Below are positions 30,682-40,290 of a stretch of DNA of 64,000 nucleotides, one piece after another. The translations under genes were made by a program, and so were the position numbers. Positions within the stretch are counted from its first letter, which is position 1. Each line of letters begins with the position of its first letter. This DNA comes from an uncultured delta proteobacterium (GTDB lineage Bacteria; Desulfobacterota; Binatia; HRBIN30; BPIQ01): the NCBI GenBank assembly GCA_963761335.1, contig CAVXGR010000011.1, positions 448,001 to 512,000 on the forward strand, in the 5' to 3' direction. The notes beneath the pieces are model-generated. The model was not told where the DNA came from. It saw only the letters and a list, made by a program, of their open reading frames with translations, and searched no databases.

Positions 30682-31050
30682 TCAGCGACCCTCGTTTTCG
30701 GCGGCGCGCCCGCTCGCGGCGCGGCTGCGGATCTGCTCGCAGAGCGACTTCCACTCCTCGCGCAGGGCACGGGGCACCGGCTCCCTGAGATGCCGCATGT
30801 ACAGCGGATCGCTCGGCGACCCGTCGATGACGTTGCGGGTCACCTGCGCCACCAGCGACGGCGATGGGTTCCTCCCCAGCCGGCGCAGCCGCGGCTGCAG
30901 GTGAGTCTCGTCCACGTGGCGATAGATCTCCTGCAGTCGCCGCATGGGCAGATCCCTCTCGCCCAGCGCCGCCATGTCGATCGACCACGGCAGCCGGGTG
31001 AGCGGCCACAGATATTCGTCAAAGATCTCGCTGAAAGAGTCTCTAGCCAT
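30682..31050 (-). CDS. Hypothetical protein
   Basis: 122-aa ORF with GGAGGAG RBS, fills gap, convergent with osmC-like gene. Confidence 0.6.
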   Translation of the reverse strand: MARDSFSEIFDEYLWPLTRLPWSIDMAALGERDLPMRRLQEIYRHVDETHLQPRLRRLGRNPSPSLVAQVTRNVIDGSPSDPLYMRHLREPVPRALREEWKSLCEQIRSRAASGRAAENEGR

Positions 31051-31264
31051 CTCCTCCGTCCTCTTCGTCCCGGTTCGGCCTCGGGTATGCCGTTCAGACT
31101 AGCGGCAGCAGCCCCCGAGGGGCAGGTGCTTTTGTGCCGCGCGGCACAGGAGAGGTGGATTTCGTGTGCCGTGTGCAGCAGCGAAGGGCAGTGGGAGCGC
31201 ATCCGCCCCGGCCACATATCGCCGTCAATGGGGGAGGCGGCCAAGATGGCCGCGCTCCCACAGC

Positions 31265-32008
31265 TCAACCCGCGGTGCGCTCGAGGGGTGTGTCGACCGA
31301 AGCGAGCTGGCGCTGCGGCAGTGAGGCGAGAAACCCTCCGGTGAGAAGGATGCGCCGGCCCTGCTTGCGGATCGCTCCCTGGCGCTCGAGGCGCTTCATG
31401 GTGCGCGCCACGTTGGCGCGCGAAGCGATCGCCAGCTCGGCGAGATCGGCGTGAGTGAGCGGCAGACCGATCAGCAGCCCGCCCTCGCTCGGCTCGCCGA
31501 AGTCGCGGCCCAGCACCGCCAGCTCGTGTCGCAGGCGGTCCTCCAACCCCTGACCCAGAAGCTGGCATTTGTCGTAGAGGAGCCGGCTCAGAATCCGCCA
31601 GCTGAGGGCGAGCATGCGCAACACCGATGCCGGCGGCGAATCGGTAATCACCTTGCTCAGCATCTCGCTGGTGATGATGGCGACCACGCAATCGGTGAAG
31701 GCGCGCGCCCCGAACAGGCGAGGCTCGTCGCGCTCCGGATACCAGTTGGGCCCGAAGAACTGCCCGGGGCGCACCAGCTGCACGCACACCGTGCCGTCTC
31801 CGGCCGGGCAGGTGACCTTCACGACTCCGGAGACCAGGAAGTTCACCAGATCGGAGGGATCCTCGGCCCCGAAGATGTCCTGGTTCTTGCGCCAGCGCGC
31901 CAGCTGCGCCGAGCGCGCCAGCTCCTCGATGGCGCGGTCGGTCAGACCCATCTGCTTCCCGGTGCTGGCGAGCTGAGCGCGAAAAGAGGTCTTCGGCGTG
32001 ATCACCAT
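31265..32008 (-). CDS. Crp/Fnr-family transcriptional regulator
   Basis: cNMP-binding fold (FLVSGVVKV, PGQFFG) and HTH LPLTHADLAELAIASRANVARTMKRL. Confidence 0.85.
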   Translation of the reverse strand: MVITPKTSFRAQLASTGKQMGLTDRAIEELARSAQLARWRKNQDIFGAEDPSDLVNFLVSGVVKVTCPAGDGTVCVQLVRPGQFFGPNWYPERDEPRLFGARAFTDCVVAIITSEMLSKVITDSPPASVLRMLALSWRILSRLLYDKCQLLGQGLEDRLRHELAVLGRDFGEPSEGGLLIGLPLTHADLAELAIASRANVARTMKRLERQGAIRKQGRRILLTGGFLASLPQRQLASVDTPLERTAG

Positions 32009-32027
32009 GAGAGAGCGGCAGGCAGTA

Positions 32028-32867
32028 TCACACCCGGATGTCGGCGACCACACCGAAGTGGTCGCTGGCGAAGACGGCGCCGCGGGGCGCGGTGTAGGCG
32101 AGACGCGCCGACTCGATCCAGCCGCGACCGTCGGCGGGGATCGGCAGGCCGACGAGGATGTAGTCGATGCGCCGGTTGGGCTCGAAGTTGAAGGCGGCGA
32201 AGCAGTTGGCGTTGTCCCAGGTGTATCCGGGGCCGCCGTCCCCGGCGACGCGCCAGGCATCCTGGAAGTAGGCGCTGTCGCCGTCGATCGAGGCGAGGCC
32301 GGCGAGGAAGCGGATCTCGCGGGAGTCGGGCTCCGCATTGAGGTCGCCGACCAGGATCGGCGGCTGCGCGCACTCCTCCGACCAGCGGCCGACGAACCGC
32401 GCCGCGGCCAGCGCCTGCCGCTCGCGCACCCAACCGTGATGGAACTTCCAGTTGAGGTGGGTGACGGCGAAAGGCAGCGGACCTCGCGGCGCCTCGACGA
32501 TCACCGCCACCAGGCTGCGTCGCTCGCCGCTCTCCTCGCCCGGCAGCGGCAGCACCTCGCTGCGGGCGATCGGCCAGCGCGAGGCGGCGACGTTGCCGAA
32601 GCGGTCCCCGTCGGGGTGGTCGTGGGGCAGCAAGCTCTCGCGATCGTTCCAGGAGAAGGCGGCGCCGTAGACCCAGTGGTACGGCAGGCCGTCGAGAATC
32701 ATTGCCGCCTGATCGAAGCCGTCGCGGCGCACGACGATCTCCTGGAGTCCGATGAGGTCCGGCTGCAGCTCCTCGATGCCGGCGCGAATCAGCTCGATGC
32801 GCTCGTCGAGCGGCTCCGAGATGTTCCAGCAGTTGAGCGTCAGGACGCGGGCGGTGCCGTTGCTCAT
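32028..32867 (-). CDS. Endonuclease/exonuclease/phosphatase-family protein
   Basis: LTLNCWN, DLIGLQE, GDLN, RIDYI, SDHFGV. Confidence 0.9.
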   Translation of the reverse strand: MSNGTARVLTLNCWNISEPLDERIELIRAGIEELQPDLIGLQEIVVRRDGFDQAAMILDGLPYHWVYGAAFSWNDRESLLPHDHPDGDRFGNVAASRWPIARSEVLPLPGEESGERRSLVAVIVEAPRGPLPFAVTHLNWKFHHGWVRERQALAAARFVGRWSEECAQPPILVGDLNAEPDSREIRFLAGLASIDGDSAYFQDAWRVAGDGGPGYTWDNANCFAAFNFEPNRRIDYILVGLPIPADGRGWIESARLAYTAPRGAVFASDHFGVVADIRV

Positions 32868-32906
32868 GGGAAGCGAGAGCCGAGGGATCGCCGGTCCGCC
32901 GCCGGG

Positions 32907-34211
32907 CTACTGGCCGTCCTCCTCGCCGCGCTGCTCGACCGGCACATAGTCGCGGCGCCGGTGGCCGACGTAGATCTGCCGCGGGCGGGCGATGCGCTGC
33001 TCCTCGTCGGCCAGCATCTCCGCCCACTGCGCCAGCCACCCGGCGGTGCGCGGGATGGCGAAGAGCACCGGGAACATGTCGGTGGGGAAGCCCATCGCCT
33101 GGTAGATGATGCCCGAGTAGAAATCGACGTTCGGGTAGAGGCGTCGCGAGATGAAGTACTCATCGGAGAGCGCGATGCGCTCGAGCTCGAGAGCGATGTC
33201 GATCAGCGGGCTCCCGCCGGTGACCTCGAAGACGTCGTGCGCCAGCTTCTTGATGATCTTGGCGCGCGGGTCGTAGTTCTTGTAGATGCGGTGCCCGAAG
33301 CCCATCAGGCGTCCTTCGCCGTTCTTCACGCGCTTGATGTACTCGGGAATCTTGGCGATGTCGCCGATTTGAGTGAGCATGCGCACCACCGCCTCGTTGG
33401 CGCCGCCGTGGAGTGGCCCGTAGAGCGCCGCGGTGGCGGCGGCGACGGCGGAGAAGGGGTCGGCCTGCGAGCTGCCGACGCAGCGCATGGCGTTGGTGCT
33501 GCAGTTCTGCTCGTGGTCGGCGTGAAGAATGAAGAGCACGTCGAGAGCCCGCGCCAGCACCGGATGCGGCTGATACTTCAGCTCCGTCTTCTTGAAGAGC
33601 ATGTTCAGGAAGTTCCCGGTGTAGCTCAGGTCGTTGTCCGGATAGGCGTACGGCATGCCGACCGAGTGGCGGAAGGCAAAGGCGGCGAGCGTCGGCATCT
33701 TGGCGATCAGCCGGTGCGTCTGCGTCTTGCGCGACTCGGCATCGAAGATCTTCTTGGCGTCGGGATAGAAGGTCGACAGGGCGCCGACGGCGCTCACCAG
33801 GATCCCCATCGGGTGGGCGTCGTAGTGGAAGCCGTCGATGAACTTCTTGATGTTCTCGTGCAGCATGGTGTGGTGCGTGATGTTGTGAACGAAGGCCTCG
33901 AGGTTTGTCGGACGCGGCAGCTCGCCCTTGAGGATGAGATAGGCGACCTCCAGAAAGGTGCTCTTCTCCGCCAGCTGCTCGATCGGGTAGCCGCGGTACT
34001 CGAGGATGCCCTTGTCGCCGTCGATGAAGGTGATGGCGCTGCGGCAGGCCGCGGTGTTGACGAAGGCCGGATCATACGACAGCAGCCCGGGATCGCCTTC
34101 GCCGACGCGGACCTGACGCAGATCGGTGGCGCGAATGGCGCCGTCGGTGATCGGCAGCTGGTACTCCTTGCCGGTCCGCATGTCCTTCACCAGCAGCATG
34201 TCCTGTCCCAT
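32907..34211 (-). CDS. gltA: Citrate synthase
   Basis: HADHEQN, GPLHGGANE, LMGFGHRIY, PNVDFYSG, IARPRQIY all intact. Confidence 0.95.
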   Translation of the reverse strand: MGQDMLLVKDMRTGKEYQLPITDGAIRATDLRQVRVGEGDPGLLSYDPAFVNTAACRSAITFIDGDKGILEYRGYPIEQLAEKSTFLEVAYLILKGELPRPTNLEAFVHNITHHTMLHENIKKFIDGFHYDAHPMGILVSAVGALSTFYPDAKKIFDAESRKTQTHRLIAKMPTLAAFAFRHSVGMPYAYPDNDLSYTGNFLNMLFKKTELKYQPHPVLARALDVLFILHADHEQNCSTNAMRCVGSSQADPFSAVAAATAALYGPLHGGANEAVVRMLTQIGDIAKIPEYIKRVKNGEGRLMGFGHRIYKNYDPRAKIIKKLAHDVFEVTGGSPLIDIALELERIALSDEYFISRRLYPNVDFYSGIIYQAMGFPTDMFPVLFAIPRTAGWLAQWAEMLADEEQRIARPRQIYVGHRRRDYVPVEQRGEEDGQ

Positions 34212-34319
34212 CGTCGTGCCTCCTCGCAGATCTCTCCGCAGGTCGCGGCTCGCGCCGGACCCCGGCGCATACTCGCCCCAAACTACGCCGTCGCCAGCGC
34301 AGACTCAATCCGGGCGCCG

Positions 34320-35618
34320 TCAATCGGCGCCGTCGGGGAGCATCGGCACCGCGGCAGTGAGCACCTCGTGGCCGGCGGCGGTGACCAGCACGTCGTCCTC
34401 GATGCGCACGCCGATGCCGCGCCAGCGCGGATCGGCGCTCTCGTTGTGCGCCGCGACGTAGATACCGGGCTCGACGGTGAGCACCATGCCGGGCGCCAGG
34501 GCGCGCGAGCGCCCCTCGGCCTTGTAGCCGCCGACGTCGTGCACGTCCATGCCGAGCCAGTGACTGGTGCGGTGCATGTAGAACGGCTTGTAGAGCTCCT
34601 TCTCCAGCACCTCGTCGGCGGACCCCTCGAGCAGCCCGAGCGAGAGCATGCCGTCGACCAGCACGCGCAGCGCCCGCTGGTGCACCTCGTCGAAGAGAAC
34701 GCCGGGAGCCACGGCGTCGATCGCCGCCCGCTGCGCTCCGGTGACGACGTCGAAGATCTCCCGCTGCGCCTCGCCGAAGCGGCGGCCGACCGGGTAGGTG
34801 CGGGTGACGTCGGCGCAGTAGTAGTCGAACTCGGCTCCGGCGTCGATGAGGACCAGATCGCCGTCGCGCATCTCCCGGTCGTTCGCCGTGTAGTGCAGAA
34901 CGGTGGCGTTGGCGCCGGAGGCCACGATCGACGGGTAGGCCGGGCCCATGCCGCCGCGACGCCGGAAGACGTACTCGAGCTCGGCCTCGAGGACGTACTC
35001 GGCGACCCCGGGGCACCGCGCCGCCATGGCGGCGCGGTGCGCTTCGGCGCTGATCTCGGCGGCCCGCCGCATCTGTTCCAGCTCCTCCTCGCTCTTGAAG
35101 AGGCGCATCTCGTGGACGATCTCGCCGGCGTCGAGCAACGCCGCGGGGCCGGAGCCAGTGCGCGGCCGCATCGCCTGCCATTGCCGCATCCAGTCGAGCA
35201 GACGGCGGTTGAATCTCTCGTCGCGCCCGGCGCTGGCGTAGAGCGAATCGCGATCGGCCAGGTAGTGCTGCACGCGCTCATCGAGGCGATCGATGGTGTA
35301 GGCCATGTCGGCGCCGTAGCGCTCCATCGCGCCCTCGACGCCGGCGCGATCGCCGGTCCAGGTCTCGCGCTCGGGATCGCGGGCGCGGACGAAGAGAACG
35401 AACGGCTCCTTGGCATGCCCGGGAAGAAAGAGCGCCGCCGCTTCCGGCTCGGGAAAGCCGGTCAGGTAATAGAAGTCGCTGTCCTGCCGGTAGCGATGCT
35501 CGACGTCGTTGGAACGCACGGATTCCGGGGCGCTCACCAGAAGCGCCGCCGAGCCGGGCTGCAGCCGTGAGAGAAACTCGCGGCGGCGGGCGGCGAACAC
35601 CTCGGCCCGCATCGCCAT
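34320..35618 (-). CDS. pepP: Xaa-Pro aminopeptidase
   Basis: YRQDSDFYYLTG, LIDAG...ADVTRT, HWLGMDVHD, TVEPGIY, GVRIEDD. Confidence 0.93.
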   Translation of the reverse strand: MAMRAEVFAARRREFLSRLQPGSAALLVSAPESVRSNDVEHRYRQDSDFYYLTGFPEPEAAALFLPGHAKEPFVLFVRARDPERETWTGDRAGVEGAMERYGADMAYTIDRLDERVQHYLADRDSLYASAGRDERFNRRLLDWMRQWQAMRPRTGSGPAALLDAGEIVHEMRLFKSEEELEQMRRAAEISAEAHRAAMAARCPGVAEYVLEAELEYVFRRRGGMGPAYPSIVASGANATVLHYTANDREMRDGDLVLIDAGAEFDYYCADVTRTYPVGRRFGEAQREIFDVVTGAQRAAIDAVAPGVLFDEVHQRALRVLVDGMLSLGLLEGSADEVLEKELYKPFYMHRTSHWLGMDVHDVGGYKAEGRSRALAPGMVLTVEPGIYVAAHNESADPRWRGIGVRIEDDVLVTAAGHEVLTAAVPMLPDGAD

Positions 35619-35622
35619 CGCC

Positions 35623-36369
35623 TCAGGTCTGATCGCCCATCAACGAGCGGATCAGGTCGATCGGCCAGGGAAAGAGAATGGTGTTGTTCTTCTCGGTGCC
35701 CACCTGGGTGAGCGTCTGCAGGAAGCGCAGCTGCAGCGCTACGCCGCCCTCCATCAGCCGCGCCGCTTCGGTGAGGCGGTCGGCGGCCTGGAACTCGCCT
35801 TCGGCCGAGATCACCTTGGCGCGGCGCAGGCGTTCCGCCTCGGCCTGCCGGGCCATGGCGCGCTTCATCTCCTCGGGAAGGTCGACGTCCTTCACCTCGA
35901 CCAGCACCACCTTGATTCCCCAGGGCTCGGTGTTGGTATCGATGATCTCCTGGAGCAGGGCGTTGAATTTATCCCGCTCGCTCAGCAGCTCATCGAGCTG
36001 CGCCTGACCGCAGACGCTGCGGAGCGTGGTCTGCGCCAGCTGTGAGGTGGCGTAGAGGTAGTTCTGCACCTCGACCACGGCGCGGTTGGGATCGATGACG
36101 CGAAAGTAGAGAACGGCGCTGACCTTCACCGAGACGTTGTCGCGGGTGATGACGTCCTGCGACGGCACGTTGAGCGTGATCGTGCGCAGGTCGAGGCGAT
36201 ACATTTGCTCGATCACGGGGATGACGTAGACAATCCCCGGCCCGCGCGCTCCGACGATGCGGCCGAGGCGCAGCACCACGATCCGCTCGTACTCGCGCAC
36301 CACCTTGACGCCGCTGATCAGGAGGAGCGCCGCGACAACGACGACGGTGAGAACCGGGCCGATGATCAT
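35623..36369 (-). CDS. SPFH/band 7 (slipin) protein
   Basis: REYERIVVLRLGR, DVITRDNVSV, AQTTLRSV, AMARQAEAER, LQLRFLQTL. Confidence 0.92.
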   Translation of the reverse strand: MIIGPVLTVVVVAALLLISGVKVVREYERIVVLRLGRIVGARGPGIVYVIPVIEQMYRLDLRTITLNVPSQDVITRDNVSVKVSAVLYFRVIDPNRAVVEVQNYLYATSQLAQTTLRSVCGQAQLDELLSERDKFNALLQEIIDTNTEPWGIKVVLVEVKDVDLPEEMKRAMARQAEAERLRRAKVISAEGEFQAADRLTEAARLMEGGVALQLRFLQTLTQVGTEKNNTILFPWPIDLIRSLMGDQT

Positions 36370-36479
36370 GGTCGACAGCCTAGCAGCGTTTGCCGAAACA
36401 GCAAGGAGAGCTCCCCCTGCGGGATTTGCACTCCTTTCCGCATGCGCCTACCCTGCCAACGGAAGCTTCCCGCTTGTCC

Positions 36480-37010
36480 ATGCCCTCGATGAAAGCCGCG
36501 GTCGGGCGCGCCGCCGCAGCGGTTCTGTCACTCGCGCCGGTTGCCCTCGTCTCGCTGCTGGCGCTCGGCCTCGTCCCCGGCTGCAGCCGTAAGAACGAGG
36601 CGGAGAAGACGGCGGCGGGATCGCAGCCGCGCGTGATCGAGGTCGATCGCTTCTCGGCGCGCCTGGAGAAATCCGACGACAAGGAGCGCCTCATCGTCAG
36701 CTTCCGCCTGCGCAGCAGCTTGCCGGAGGCTCTCGGGTGCTACGTGTTCGTGGTGGCGCGCGCCGATCGCGCCACCCCGAAGCTGTGGGCCATCTGGCCG
36801 ACGCAGAACCCCGGCCTGGCAATCAGTGCCGGCGGCAACTTCCACGCCGCCCATCCGTCGAGCGGCCATCTCCTCCAGCTCGGCGACAGCTGGTCGCGCA
36901 TCGACGCCACCCTGCCGCGCACCGTGGGCCAGCCGCCCTTCGACTTCGCCGTCGTCTACGTCGTCGCTCCCGACGGCAACATCCTGCTGGCGCATCCCTT
37001 CCCACTTTAG
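36480..37010 (+). CDS. Hypothetical lipoprotein
   Basis: Hydrophobic stretch ending LVPG-C; beta-rich C-terminus; start uncertain. Confidence 0.6.
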   Translation: MPSMKAAVGRAAAAVLSLAPVALVSLLALGLVPGCSRKNEAEKTAAGSQPRVIEVDRFSARLEKSDDKERLIVSFRLRSSLPEALGCYVFVVARADRATPKLWAIWPTQNPGLAISAGGNFHAAHPSSGHLLQLGDSWSRIDATLPRTVGQPPFDFAVVYVVAPDGNILLAHPFPL

Positions 37011-37062
37011 TTTCCGGTTTCTCAGTTTCGCGGCTGTGCGGTCTTTGCTAGAGAGCTGCGGC

Positions 37063-38100
37063 ATGAGACGCTCCGCCGCACTCGGCATCGTCCTGACTGT
37101 CGCCCTCACGGCGTGCAGCTCGCCGCCGCGTCCGCCGTGCCGCTCGGCGCCGCCGCTGGCAACCATCTGCGGCTTCGAGAATCCCGAGGACGCCGCCCCG
37201 ATCGGCGGCGGCGCGCTGGTGGTGAGCAACCTGCGACTGCGCGGCCAGGGCGGGTTCCTCTCGATCCTGGCGGGTGGCGAGCCGCACCGCGCCTGGCCGC
37301 CGTCGGGCACGGCGCCGCGCGTCTCTCCGCTCACCGGCCTGGGCGACGACGACTGTCCGCCCCCGTCGGCGGCCGACTTCGCGCCGCACGGCGTGTTTGC
37401 ATCCGCGGTCACCCCGGCGCGGGTATATGTCATCAATCACGGCGGGCGAGAATCGATCGAGATCTTCGGCGTGGACGGCAGCGCGGGCGAAGCGGCGCTC
37501 ACCTGGCAGGCATGTGTCATGCTGCCGCCCAACACTTCGGCCAACGACCTGGCGGTCGCCGCCGACGGCGAGATCATCGCCAGCAACTACCTGCCCTCGG
37601 CGCGCGCCTGGTGGGGCAGCATCAAGTACATCCTCGGCCTGCCCACCGGCGACCTGATCGCCTGGAAGCGCGACCGCGGCTGGCGCCACGTCGCCGGCAC
37701 CACCGCCAGCGCCGCCAACGGCGTCGCCGTCTCCGCCGACGGCCGCTGGATCTACTACTCGGAAACCGGCGGCGGCAAGGTCGATCGCATCCCGCGGGAA
37801 GGGGGCACCCCGCAGCGCGCCGCCGTCCCCGGTTGGCCCGACAACCTCTCCTGGAGCGACCACGGCACACTGCTGCTGGCGACGCACATGTCGGGCCTGC
37901 AGTTCATCGCCTGCGCCTTCCGCTCCCCGTGCCGATCCCCGTGGCGGCTGCTGGAGGTCGACCCGCAGACCCTGAAAGCGAGCCCCCGTCTCGACAATGA
38001 CGGCAACCTGCTCGGCGCCGTCGCCGGAGCTCAGCAGCTCGGCGACACCACCTATCTCACCGCCGTCTTCGGCGACCGAATCGGCGTGATCAGAAAGTGA
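37063..38100 (+). CDS. SMP-30/gluconolactonase/arylesterase-like beta-propeller lipoprotein
   Basis: LTA-C lipobox; NPED, FAPHG, NDLA, ANGVAVS, GWPDNL. Confidence 0.85.
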   Translation: MRRSAALGIVLTVALTACSSPPRPPCRSAPPLATICGFENPEDAAPIGGGALVVSNLRLRGQGGFLSILAGGEPHRAWPPSGTAPRVSPLTGLGDDDCPPPSAADFAPHGVFASAVTPARVYVINHGGRESIEIFGVDGSAGEAALTWQACVMLPPNTSANDLAVAADGEIIASNYLPSARAWWGSIKYILGLPTGDLIAWKRDRGWRHVAGTTASAANGVAVSADGRWIYYSETGGGKVDRIPREGGTPQRAAVPGWPDNLSWSDHGTLLLATHMSGLQFIACAFRSPCRSPWRLLEVDPQTLKASPRLDNDGNLLGAVAGAQQLGDTTYLTAVFGDRIGVIRK

Positions 38101-38197
38101 CTCGGTGGCTCGGTGGCCCGGTATCTCGGTCCTGAGCCCGAGAACCAGCCAACCCGAAAACCGAGTAACCGAGCCACCGAGATACCGAGCCACTGAG
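38101..38197. repeat. Inverted tracts of CTCGGTGG/CTCGGTAT octamers
   Basis: ctcggtggctcggtggcccggtatctcggt ... ccgagtaaccgagccaccgagataccgagcc; same motif at ~14883-14924 and ~39926-39951. Confidence 0.7.
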
Positions 38198-38216
38198 AAA
38201 CTGCCGGCGCAGCCGG

Positions 38217-39815
38217 CTAGAATCCCGAAAACTCTTCGGCCGCCTGCTTGATCAGCTCGCCGTCCGGCTCGAGGATGAAGCCGGCCTGAACCGCCTGGTC
38301 GGTCGCCTCACTCACCGCCGACACGTAGTCCTGGTGGGTCGGATAGAGCGCCTCCAGGGTCGCGGCATCGAAGGGCACGGTGGTCCCGAAGATGAAGCAG
38401 AAGCCGCCGCCGGTCTGCCCGAGCCCCGACAGCGTGGCGATCGGCGCATCGACGTAGGGCGTGCGAATGCCGCCCTCGACGTTTCCGAAGGCATCGGTGA
38501 CGAATGCCGGCGGAGTTCCCGCCGTCTCCAGGCGCGGCGCCATCGGCGGCGGGCCGTCACCGCGGATCCAGCGGTCGAGCGCCGCAAGCGCCGCGTTCAG
38601 CACGAAGTGCTGCGGTCCGGAGTTGATCGGTTTGTCGCACTCGATGATTCCGGGAATCGGGCTCGAGGTGATCAGCACCTTTGCCGACCTCGCGGAGCCG
38701 GCACCATCGGACATGCCGGTCGCCAGCGTGTAGCTGTCGGCGTGCGCGGTACCCGCCACCTCCCAGAGCCGGAAGAGCGCCGTATCCGCCTGGCGGCTCG
38801 CCAGATATCCCAGGAGAAGGAGATCGGTCTCGGTCTCGAAGGTCAGCACCGGGACGCTCAGATCGCCGCGGATGAAGGCGACGCCGGGAACGGCGATCTG
38901 CGCCTGCGGCGACTGCGAGAGCGGCGCACCGTCGCCGCCGCGGCTGTGAACCAGGAACCCGTCGAAAAGGTTGACGAGGGGATGGATGGCGTTGATGTAG
39001 GTGACCAGGCGGAAGGCCGACTGCGACTCACCGACCGCGATCAGGCGCTGCGCGTGCAGACCGCCGAGCGGATCGACGTCCTGCGGATGGCGGATCACCT
39101 GCGCCACCTGCGAGAAGATGTCGTACGAGAAGCTGTCCCCCGGATGGGAGAGCGTGCCGTAACGCGCTGGGTTCGCGGCCTTGAGACTCAGATCGGGTAG
39201 GCCCGGAATGGTCTGCGCGCCGCCCTCGACGCCGACGGCCTGCGCCGAGACGCCGACCCAGGCATAGCCACTGCGGATCATCTCGATGTGCGCCGTGGTC
39301 CAATCCGGCGCCGCGTCGAGGCCGCCGCTGACGTTGAGCCACTCGACCACGACCGAGCCGTTGAAGGCCTCTGGATCGATCGGCCGGTACACGACGATGC
39401 GGGTCTTGTAGGGCGCGGTGGCAGCGGGCACGGCGTTCCAGACGCCGTCGGAGCCCAGAGCGCCGTCGTTGACGTAGCTCGTCGCCAGACCGGAGAGGAA
39501 GTACTCCGCCTGCAGGTAGCCAACGCTGGCCAGATCGAAGCTGGAGGTCTGCACGAAGGGGGTCCCGGGCCCGGTGATCGGCCCCTCGAGAAGGGGTCCC
39601 GGAACGACCGTCGCCGTCGGCTGCGGGGATGCGGTCGCCGTGTCGGACGGGGTTGGGCTCGGCGAGGACGTGGGGCTCGGCAGCGCGACCGTCGCCGTCG
39701 GCGTCGCCGGGGTCGGGTTGCCGTTGCCGCCGCAACCGGCCGTCACCAGCACAGCCACGGTCAGAGCAACCGCCACAGCCGATCGACGCGCAACATTCCC
39801 AGCATGTTCTCCCAT
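38217..39815 (-). CDS. Lipoprotein with Pro/Thr linker and alpha/beta-hydrolase domain
   Basis: TAG-C lipobox; FNGSVVVEWLNV, AVGESQSA, WEVAGTAHAD, GGIRTPYVDAP. Confidence 0.85.
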   Translation of the reverse strand: MGEHAGNVARRSAVAVALTVAVLVTAGCGGNGNPTPATPTATVALPSPTSSPSPTPSDTATASPQPTATVVPGPLLEGPITGPGTPFVQTSSFDLASVGYLQAEYFLSGLATSYVNDGALGSDGVWNAVPAATAPYKTRIVVYRPIDPEAFNGSVVVEWLNVSGGLDAAPDWTTAHIEMIRSGYAWVGVSAQAVGVEGGAQTIPGLPDLSLKAANPARYGTLSHPGDSFSYDIFSQVAQVIRHPQDVDPLGGLHAQRLIAVGESQSAFRLVTYINAIHPLVNLFDGFLVHSRGGDGAPLSQSPQAQIAVPGVAFIRGDLSVPVLTFETETDLLLLGYLASRQADTALFRLWEVAGTAHADSYTLATGMSDGAGSARSAKVLITSSPIPGIIECDKPINSGPQHFVLNAALAALDRWIRGDGPPPMAPRLETAGTPPAFVTDAFGNVEGGIRTPYVDAPIATLSGLGQTGGGFCFIFGTTVPFDAATLEALYPTHQDYVSAVSEATDQAVQAGFILEPDGELIKQAAEEFSGF

Positions 39816-39952
39816 TCGCCCTTCCTTATCATCCGCTTCGATTAGTGCATTTGCACCGAGAATGTCCACCGCGACGTCCCGCCGCCGGGCGGGGTTGAAA
39901 CCGGCGGCTACCATCGCGACTCAATCCACCGAGAGACCGAGCCACCGAGCCG

Positions 39953-40282
39953 CTGCTTCGAAAATCTGTTGGGTGAAGGTCTGGCGGAGCCCCGGCGCTT
40001 GGCGTGGAGCTTATCGCCCCGGAGGGTCTGTCGGAGCCCGGGCGCTGGGTGTGGAGGTCTTATCGCCCCGGAGGGGCGCGGGCGTGTAGCCCCGGGCGCC
40101 AACCCGGGGACCGCGTTCCGATTGCCCGGATCAGCACTTTTCCCTGGGTTTCACCCGGGGCTACACGCCACCGCCCCTCCGGGGCGAACTTCGCCGAGGC
40201 CAGAACCGCCAAATCCCTTCCCGGGTCAGAACCCCGGCCTCATTTTCATCGTCTGCTGGCGAGCCGCAAGGCTCATGACGCG
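39953..40282 (-). mobile_element. Reverse-orientation, internally deleted cassette not in a host palindrome
   Basis: Reverse complements of both cassette ends (CTGCTTCGAAAATCTG; CATTTTCATCGTC...GCTCATGACGCG). Confidence 0.8.
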
Positions 40283-40290
40283 CCGCTTCC

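Noticed and set aside
31998..35570. 1190-aa plus-strand ORF
   Set aside because: Antisense shadow of the EEP, gltA and pepP genes, typical of high-GC DNA
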